Shown here: positions 54,877-64,000 of the stretch, piece by piece
Layout of the letters: the number at the start of each line of letters is the position of its first letter
Numbering within the stretch: the stretch's first letter is position 1
NCBI GenBank assembly: GCA_951406725.2
Contig: OX597819.1
Span: forward strand, 103,044,001 to 103,108,000
Origin: Octopus vulgaris
Taxonomy: Eukaryota
Length of the DNA: 64,000 bases
Direction: 5' to 3'
Notes under the pieces: generated by a model
What the model saw: the letters and a program-made list of their open reading frames with translations, nothing else
Database searches by the model: none
Told to the model about the DNA's origin: nothing
Translations under genes and position numbers: made by a program

Positions 54877-54930
54877 AAAGGCGGTGCTCCAGCATAGCCG
54901 CAGTCAGATGACTGAGACAAATAAAAGAAT
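54877..54930 (+). mobile_element. Isolated SINE family A 3' tail
   Basis: AAAGGCGGTGCTCCAGCATAGCCGCAGTCAGATGACTGAGACAAATAAAAGAAT matches 38233-38290. Confidence 0.88.
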
Positions 54931-55163
54931 GCATGTATATATATTATTGTGATATTATATTGGTTTGTTTTTATATTATAGTAAGTTTATAAACTGGTAC
55001 TTTATATTTTTAAGCTTTTAGTTTTTTTGTACTGATGAACAAATATTTTTATATACGCGCACATACACACACATGCAGACACACACACACATACAAGCAC
55101 GCACACAAACACAAGCACGCACACACACACATACAAACACACACACACACACGCACACACACA

Positions 55164-55196
<33 letters not shown>

Positions 55197-55909
55197 TCAG
55201 GCAGACACACACGGGCATCTAGTTTGGATATTGTCTGCGATCTAAACAATTATGTCAGCAAATTGTTAAGTTTTCTATTCCAAATCTTTCAAGAATTCTG
55301 AATAGTTATTTGACAAAAGACGCCATTTCATCTTTACCCCATCCTACGCATTCACCTCACCGGTGCGGAATGCGACGGTGTGTAACGAGTCAAAGCCTCT
55401 CTCGTAGAACGGGTGGCGACATTTAAACCACCAGCAGACATGGTTGTGTCTGTGCATGTATCTGTTAAATTGTGTATTTGTGTGTGTGTTCTTTTTTGCG
55501 TATATCTGCTTGTATGTGTGCGCGTGTTTCTGTATGTATGTATGTATGTATGTATGTATGTATGTATGTATGTATGTATGTATGTATGTACGCGCCCGCG
55601 CTGGTGTGTGTTTGAAGAAGAATACTAATAGAAATATTAAGGATGTGAAGACACTATGTCTCTGCCTCTTTACACAGTTAATTCAAAGTTAACTGATATA
55701 AATCCTTTGTTTTATAGGTATTTTTTCCATACTTTTTATACGTCTTCTTGTTTTGTTTCTGTTTCATTGCTGTGTGTGAATACATTACTTCAGCTCGCGG
55801 GATCAAATCCGACAGGAGCTGACGTTACCTTACATCATTATTTATCTAGTTCAAATTACGCCCAGATCGACTTTAGCTTTTGTGCTTTCGGGGTCGATAA
55901 AATAATTAC

Positions 55910-56070
55910 CATTGCTCTGTGTACGCTTCGCACAAGCTCTTTTCGCAGCACATGCGTACCCACGGGCATATGGCGTACTGGTTAAGAGCGTGGGCTACTT
56001 ACTCCAAAATTCCGAGTTCGATTCCAGGCAGTGACCTGAATAATAATAATTATTATTTTTATTATTATTC
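55910..56070 (+). mobile_element. Leader + tRNA-like head + (AAT)n element, partial copy nested in a family B SINE
   Basis: CATTGCTCTGTGTACGCTTCGCACAAGC leader, A-box TGGCGTACTGG and B-box GAGTTCGATTCC. The host SINE B breaks at GATAAAATAATTAC and resumes at TAATCGACTGGCCCCTCCC. Confidence 0.8.
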
Positions 56071-56481
56071 TAATCGACTGGCCCCTCCCAAAACATTTTC
56101 GACCTTGTGCCTAGAGTAGAAAAGAATATAATTAAATACAAAATGCTATAACCTTTAGTTCTTGTCATTCCGCAGCTTAAACTTCTGACGGGGTTACAGA
56201 CCTAGATCAACTGAAAACCGAACCTAACTACCTGACATACGGGTTGCTGTGAAGAGCTCATCTATCCCAACTAGTAAACAATGCAGTCTGTGCTGGATCC
56301 AAGTTAACAGTTAATAGAGAACTAGTGACAAAACAGATAAATAACTTACTCGGTGGGTAATTTGAGTGTTGTTGAGAGTATTCTAGGTAGTCTCTTCCGA
56401 AGGCTTTTTCGATTAGGCCTTTAAATAACTTCTAGAAATCCTTCAAACTAGTAGTGACACCGAGGGCACTGATCGTTCGAT

Positions 56482-56924
<443 letters not shown>

Positions 56925-57574
56925 ATTCTACATCATGCACTTGTTTGGTATCTAGCCATCACTGACGATACTGAGGACACAAACATTTTCCGTGCGCCTA
57001 AGGCGGGTCTAGAATCGAAACTGATATAATGAGATCGTGATCTCGACACTAATTACACACCACTCACACACACACACACACAGGATTGGCTTGCATTATC
57101 AAATGACAGAATTTTGATAGGAGACGTTTATATATCACTATATATATAATACTTATGTATATTTGTACATGTATCCAGTTCTGTAAGATCCCATAGCTAA
57201 ATATATAGCACAGGCAATAGTAATATGCCTGGAAACTATTGTTGCTGCTGCTTTTATATGAAAGAAATTTCTCTTACACTTTTCCATGACCTGATTTCGG
57301 TAAATCACTAGGAGTTACATCCTGAAGTTCTTCCTTGTCGAAAAAGTTTTACTCCCTATCCGGACATATACCTGTGTGTTATAGGCCTCTGTGCCATATG
57401 TGTCTGCTTGTTAGGATGGGCTTACAATAGATTCTCGACCAAGAATAAAGATCATCACGTGATCTGTCCCGCACTGAATCCAATTTGGTGTTTACAGAAT
57501 ATATACCTCCTGTAACCAGTTTTCATTGCACGTGTTTTATGATTGCATCAGCCCAAGTGGCAAATCACTCAAAG

Positions 57575-58110
57575 TTTTGACCGCAGTGCAGGATCAAAGC
57601 CCCCTTATGACAAACTAACAAAAGGTTACAATGAAACGAATAACAGCACAAGAGTATAAGTAGAGATGAAACAAACAATTAATTATATCGTGTTCAGCTA
57701 TCTAGTCGTAACCAAGTATGAATAAATCCCGAGGCACGACAGAGTTGGGAGTTACAGTGGAGAGACAGTTTTGCCAGCAACACAAATAATGTGGTACACA
57801 TAATCACCAGTAAAGGTCGGTAATAATGAGAAGGTGAATATATTCTGGAATATGTCAATTTATCTAGATAGGAAAATTAAGACTAATTGACCAGATATTC
57901 TTAGTAGCACTCGGTAAAGAAGTGCTTCCTAATTGACGAATTGTTCCCAACATTTAAAGGAGAAATTATCAAAATACAAAGATCTGGAAATAGAGATAAC
58001 TTGAAAGTAGAAACAGGTCTTCAAAAAATAATTGCTTTCAGAATGATCCGAAATAACATGCCGATAAACAACAAAACACCGGGACTCTAATAATCAGCGA
58101 TGACACTATA
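57575..58110 (+). pseudogene. Decayed R4/Dong-type LINE, zinc-knuckle/RLE region
   Basis: Across frames: AVQDQS, QTINYIVFS...YE*IPRHDRVG, NEKVNIFWNMSIYLDRKIKTN*PDI, and EKLSKYKDLEIEI. Confidence 0.75.
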
Positions 58111-58159
58111 GAACAACAAAAAAGTCGAAGTAAAAGGTTTCTAATATTAGGGAAGAAAT

Positions 58160-58360
58160 GAGGCTACGTGATGGCTGAATGGATACGGCTTCGGGCAAAA
58201 TACCTAGTGGCATTTCATTTGCCTAATCGGCATTCAAAGACAGCCGAGGCATTTCATTCCTTCTGGGGTCAATAATATAAGTACCGGTTTAGCACTGGGG
58301 TCGATAGAATTGAGTTATCCCCCATCGAAATTCATCACCTTATGCCAAAATTCGAAGTAA
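58160..58360 (+). mobile_element. SINE family B, degenerate
   Basis: TTTCATTCCTTCTGGGGTCAATAATATAAGTACCGG...CACTGGGGTCGAT. Confidence 0.7.
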
Positions 58361-58399
58361 TATTAAGGAACAACCAAAGCGAGACTTATACAGAAACTC

Positions 58400-58720
58400 G
58401 GATTACACTCATACACCAAGGGCATGTGATCTCCATGTTTAAGGCCCATTTGGTCATGTTTTTTTCTGATCACTCCGACCCACCTTTCACAAAATTTACT
58501 GGAGTGTAACAACTCTTTCTCTACCAGCATGTGATACTTGAAGGAGTTTATGAGAGATATGACTGATAGGGAAATCTCTGTTCTAAAACCTTTCAACCAC
58601 TCAACTTCTTTAGTCATATCTATGAGACAAAGGAAATCAACAGGCTCTTCCCTGCCAAAAAGAAGGCAGTGACTCGATTTTCCCCACAATCTGAGCTGAG
58701 AGCTGAGTCCATTTTGTATA
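58400..58720 (-). pseudogene. Possible C-terminal fragment of a Tx1/L1-type ORF2
   Basis: FLCLIDMTKEVEWLKG...LINSFKYH...F.ERW resembles the 'AK..IW...F..RW' C-terminus of Tx1 ORF2. This is by-eye resemblance only. Confidence 0.4.
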
Positions 58721-59659
58721 TGTTAACAGCTAGTGATTATATCATGATAATCATAATTCAGTTGTGAATACAATTTTAGGAGTCAGGGTGATATTCATAA
58801 AATGAATCACAGTACATGAAAAGCACATATAAAAATAACCTTAATGCAATCTGAACTCGTAGTGTGTTTGCATACAGGTTAGAAATCTACCTTTCTTGAC
58901 ATGATACATTGCAACTACTGCTATATTATACAATTCAAGATAGCAAGCAGGTTAAATAGTTAGAGATCGGGAAAAATTGATTATAGCTTTTTTCTTTTTC
59001 TTTTTTGGTCCTTTACGTTGTCAGTTTCAACTTAGCTATTCATCTCTTCGAGATCGATAAAACATGCAACCACCCAAGTGCAGGGTTAGATATATTATCG
59101 ACAAACACCTCCCCTCGAAATTGTTGACGTTGTACTCTAATTCGAAACAGGTATATTGCGAGCCTCACTCCGAGGGTTTTGTAACAACGTCGTCACCAGC
59201 ACTTTTACTAACTCCACCACCGGCAGTTTTAATAACTCCACCACAACCACCACTACTACGACTACTACTTGCTGCGACTACAAAACAGTGTACATTTTCT
59301 CAAAGTTTACACATAATTCCCTTGCTGTGATGTTGAGAATGGCAAGAAGTTAAAACATGAAAATTACCTGTACCTTGCAGAGAATGTTTTAATGTTCTTC
59401 AGTGCTATTTCAATGGACTTAAACAATGTGAGATCCAAATTCTGAAATTCCTTATTCTGTCTGGTATTCCAGAGGTGACTGGCAATTTGACTTTGATACA
59501 TTCAACTGTTTATATATACATAAGCATATGCACATAGACTATATTTGTTTATACACACATTCATAGATAGGTACACAAATTTACATACAGAAATATGCAC
59601 TGCTAGTGACCGTCTTTATTCCTGTGTGCGCTTTTTGAGATTTTGTAATGTTCATAGTT

Positions 59660-59720
<61 letters not shown>

Positions 59721-60252
59721 TGCGTATATGCGTGAGAACACCAAATGCCTGCCTGTGTTTATGTGTGAGAGAGGTATGAATATAGTGTGTGTAATGTTTT
59801 CTTTCTGTATACGTTTATAAACATTTAAGAAGTGGGGAACATACGAACATACATACATAAATGTATATATGCACACACATATATATATATACATATATAT
59901 ACATATTTATATACAAATATATATATATATACATATATATATATATGTATACATATATATATACATATATACATATATAAGCACATACATATACATACAT
60001 ATATTCATACATACACATATATATTTCGGTATATTCTTAATAAGATACAGGCATAAACACACTAACATGCACATATACACTATACTGTATCTGTATATGC
60101 GTATATTCCAATGCACCTGTTTATTACTGTTTCTAAGTATGATATCTATCTGTCTATCTAGCTATCTCTCTATCAATCTACCTACCTATCTATCAAATTC
60201 TGTCTCTCAGTCTCGCTCTCTCTCTCTCTATCTATTTATCTATCTATCTTTA

Positions 60253-60311
<59 letters not shown>

Positions 60312-60799
60312 TGCTTGTGTATGTATATGTATGCATACGTTTATGTGTGTGAATATTTTTTAATGTTTTTTATGCACGTGTGGCTTTCTTTTTTTATTGT
60401 GGGAATTTAAGAAAACATGTTGAAAATGAATATTCACAAGGTTAACAAGTAGCTAGCCTATATCAATACAATTTTTCGCATTTTTCTGATATTTAATTTA
60501 CGTTTTCAATTAGCTTACACAAATTTGAAATAATTATTATTTTTATTTATTCATTTACCTTTACTATTTGTATTGATATTTTCGTCTTTTTTTTTTTTCC
60601 TTTCACCTGCGGTTCTCAGTCTCGTCATTATTATCAGCATCATTTTATGGGAAGTTTTTTCGACAACAACTTCAGCAACTGCCACAAAGATACCGTTAAT
60701 TCCATGGCAATTATTTACACCACAACAATAACATTAATGCCTTCGTCTCTTAACTAACAATGGAACTTCTTCAGAATCATAAGGTTTAGAAAAAGAGTG

Positions 60800-61490
60800 G
60801 CAAATTTGCCTCAAGTTTTACTGCCCCTCAACGTCTCTAGTTTCTACTCGAGAGACAGCACATAAAAAAGAGATGAGAGGGTGTAACGTTGACTGACCAA
60901 GAGCAAGATACTGATTATTCTCATTGCTGGTAATTCATCCTAACTGCCAATACGATGTTACAGTAAACTGCGGCAATGAAACGGCAGAAAAAGGATCTGA
61001 AACCAGCCACCGAAAGAACAGCCGCCAAGTTCTGGTGCTCGATCCTCTTGAAAGCTTTTCATTGATCGAAAGTGATCAGGGGGCTCACGCTATCACGTTC
61101 CTTTCCCAGGCTCTCTACGACGTATCGCATAATATAGAGTTTGCCGTGGATGGCTCATATTCCTGTATCAATAATTAGACCATCGATGAAAAGCGCCATC
61201 CTTTTAGCAAGCACCTAGGTCAAAATTTTGAAATCTGCGTTTAACAGATCTATGGACCGAAAATTGTCACCGTGATCCCACTCAAGTGGGTCCTTTCTTA
61301 GCAACGTTACTACTCCTCGACTCACAGAAAATTGAATATTGTAGAGTAGACCATCCAAAACAGTTGTTTGCACACCACACTTTCGTTGCAGCCAACAGAT
61401 CCTTCCCGCATTTCAGTGCCACGTGATGGTTCTCCGCAACACTTCACGTCTCTTTCTGAAAGTCGTAGCAGGTCGTAGCGCTCAGGAAAT
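60800..61490 (-). pseudogene. Decayed Tx1/L1-clade reverse transcriptase fragment
   Basis: Minus strand: GVVTLLRKD...DNFRSIDLLNADFKILT*VLAKRM, and FDQ*KAFKRIEH, corresponding to 'NWRPISLLNxDxKIL' and 'DQxKAFDRVxH'. Confidence 0.8.
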
Positions 61491-61771
61491 CATTGAAATC
61501 GAGATGGTGGAGGTGATGATGTGGTAATGCTGATGTGATGATGGTGTTGACGTATTTTTGTTGCTGTTTAAGATTGTTATTATAGTTGGTGTTGGCGTAT
61601 CATTGTTCTGTCCATTCGCACCTTCTATTTTTGGCGCTAATTTTAGCTCTTTTCTTATTTTTCTTCCTGATAATTGCTTTCTTCGCCCTCATTTTCAGTA
61701 CAGAGCATATGTCTTTTGTTATTCAGTTTCTTTCTCCTGCAAAAAACACCACCAGCAACAATAATAATAAT

Positions 61772-62549
61772 GTTTGATCTCCCCCAGTTTAGTATTAAGG
61801 AAGGCAAAGGCAGGGTATCAGTTCAGAAATAGCAAAGGAAAAATTTACCATTTGCCCTACATGGATGATCTGAAGTTTTTAGTAAGAATGAAAAAGCCAT
61901 AGATTCTTTAATACAGACTGCATGCTGGCACATAAAGAATACAAGAAAAAATATGACAATCTAGGGAGTGCAACCCACTGGGAGCTATATAGATATCTAG
62001 CATTTGACTATACTGATAAATGCTATGAACATGAACCTCGTAGAAGGTACGAAATACAAGATGCTGTACGACTTAAACATTCAGACTGGAAGAATAATAG
62101 AAGCTAGCAGGCCTGATTTGGTGCTAATAGATAAAGAGAATTGAAAGTGCCAGATCATTGGCGTTACAGTTCCAAATGATGAAAAAGATTAATATGAGAG
62201 GTATAGAAAAATAGCAAAATACCAGGACCTAGCTATTGAATTTGCAGAGACTATGAAAAGTGCGGGTAAAATGCATCCCAGCAGTTATAGGTGCATTAGG
62301 AAATATCCCTAATGATCTGAACAGATGCATAGAGGAAATAGGCATAAAACTCAGCTTAGTACAGCTCCAGAAAACAATGTTATTAGGGATAGCTAGGATA
62401 TTTAGGAGGGCTTTTGGCATTTAATGTTACTTGCTATAACCCAATAGGAGGGTTCTTAACATTTAAGGCTACTTGCTGTAGCCCGATGTTTGAATTTGTT
62501 TCTTTTCCAACAGTCTAATCTGTTGAGTGTACATGAAAATACAAATAAT

Positions 62550-62550
<1 letters not shown>
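61772..62550 (+). pseudogene. Internally deleted R4/Dong-type (RLE) LINE
   Basis: GYQFRNSKGKIYHLPYMDDLKF (RT), then directly LAHKEY...HWEL...YEHEP, RPDLVLIDKE (RLE PD), KYQDLAIE, and PAVIGALG...LQKTMLLGIARIFRRAFGI*. Both ends abut AATAAT. Confidence 0.85.
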
Positions 62551-63300
<750 letters not shown>

Positions 63301-63827
63301 ACAGAAATATATAGAGCGGAGCCAGTTACTGTTTTACTGGCGGACTCTGTTGACAATAAGATTAACAGATAAACAAGAATTCGTAACTGTTATTTGACCA
63401 TATGTGACCCTAAAATAATCTAAATACACACTATTTGGGTAGAAATATAACTTCGAGTTGAGTAGAACCAGACAGTTTTTCTTAGTTATTTTAAATATCT
63501 TCTATGTCTGTCTCTTCTTTTTTTTTTTTTTTGGCTTGTTTGCATTTTTTTTTTTGTGTTTTTTTAATTTCTATTCTATTGCACCACGAAATTACAAACT
63601 AATACCTTGGATAAAGCAGCCAGAAGCTATGAGTAAATAGTTCTATTCCTGGTGTAACATACAAACTAGTGGGAGCTCTGAGATTTCGATCGCACTGTCA
63701 ATATGACCAAGCAAAAAGGAAATAACATTTTCGATGAAATCTTCATCAAAACAGAGTAAGAAAGAAATAAGCAAGAAAAAGAATAAACAAGAAAAGACAC
63801 GATTCCTACCTTTCCACTATATAGATT

Positions 63828-63914
<87 letters not shown>

Positions 63915-64000
63915 TGATTGATTGATACATACATAGATACATACATACATACATACATATATAAACACATAAATATCAGCTGTGCCAAAAACATGGCATT

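Noticed and set aside
55965-56036. tRNA-like head as a real tRNA gene
   Set aside because: It has A and B boxes, but the acceptor and T stems pair poorly. It is part of a repeated element.

Overview
This is 64 kb of AT-rich, repeat-saturated, apparently non-coding animal DNA, either intergenic or a large intron. The SINE families and microsatellite load suggest an octopus genome (inference). I found no credible host protein-coding exon, and nearly all listed ORFs are microsatellite artefacts. Supported content: (1) an intact-looking tRNA-Leu(UAG) at 54781-54862; (2) a full-length but inactivated mariner with TIRs and a TA TSD at 16646-17881, plus a Tc1 relic; (3) fragments of R4/Dong-type (RLE), Tx1/L1-type and CR1-type LINEs; (4) dozens of SINEs from about four families; (5) several fold-back/MITE palindromes, a ~150-bp tandem array and a ~320-bp local duplication. 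The most notable signal is a dispersed set of type I hammerhead ribozyme motifs of the Penelope/retrozyme kind. Two have complete cores (20359-20440 minus, 26206-26257 plus) and several are variants or relics, mostly next to (TA)n or (AAT)n tracts. One sits in a composite non-coding element of leader + tRNA-like Pol III head + (AAT)n + hammerhead (56482-56924), with a second partial copy at 55910-56070. Boundaries of degenerate repeats are approximate and were read by eye.
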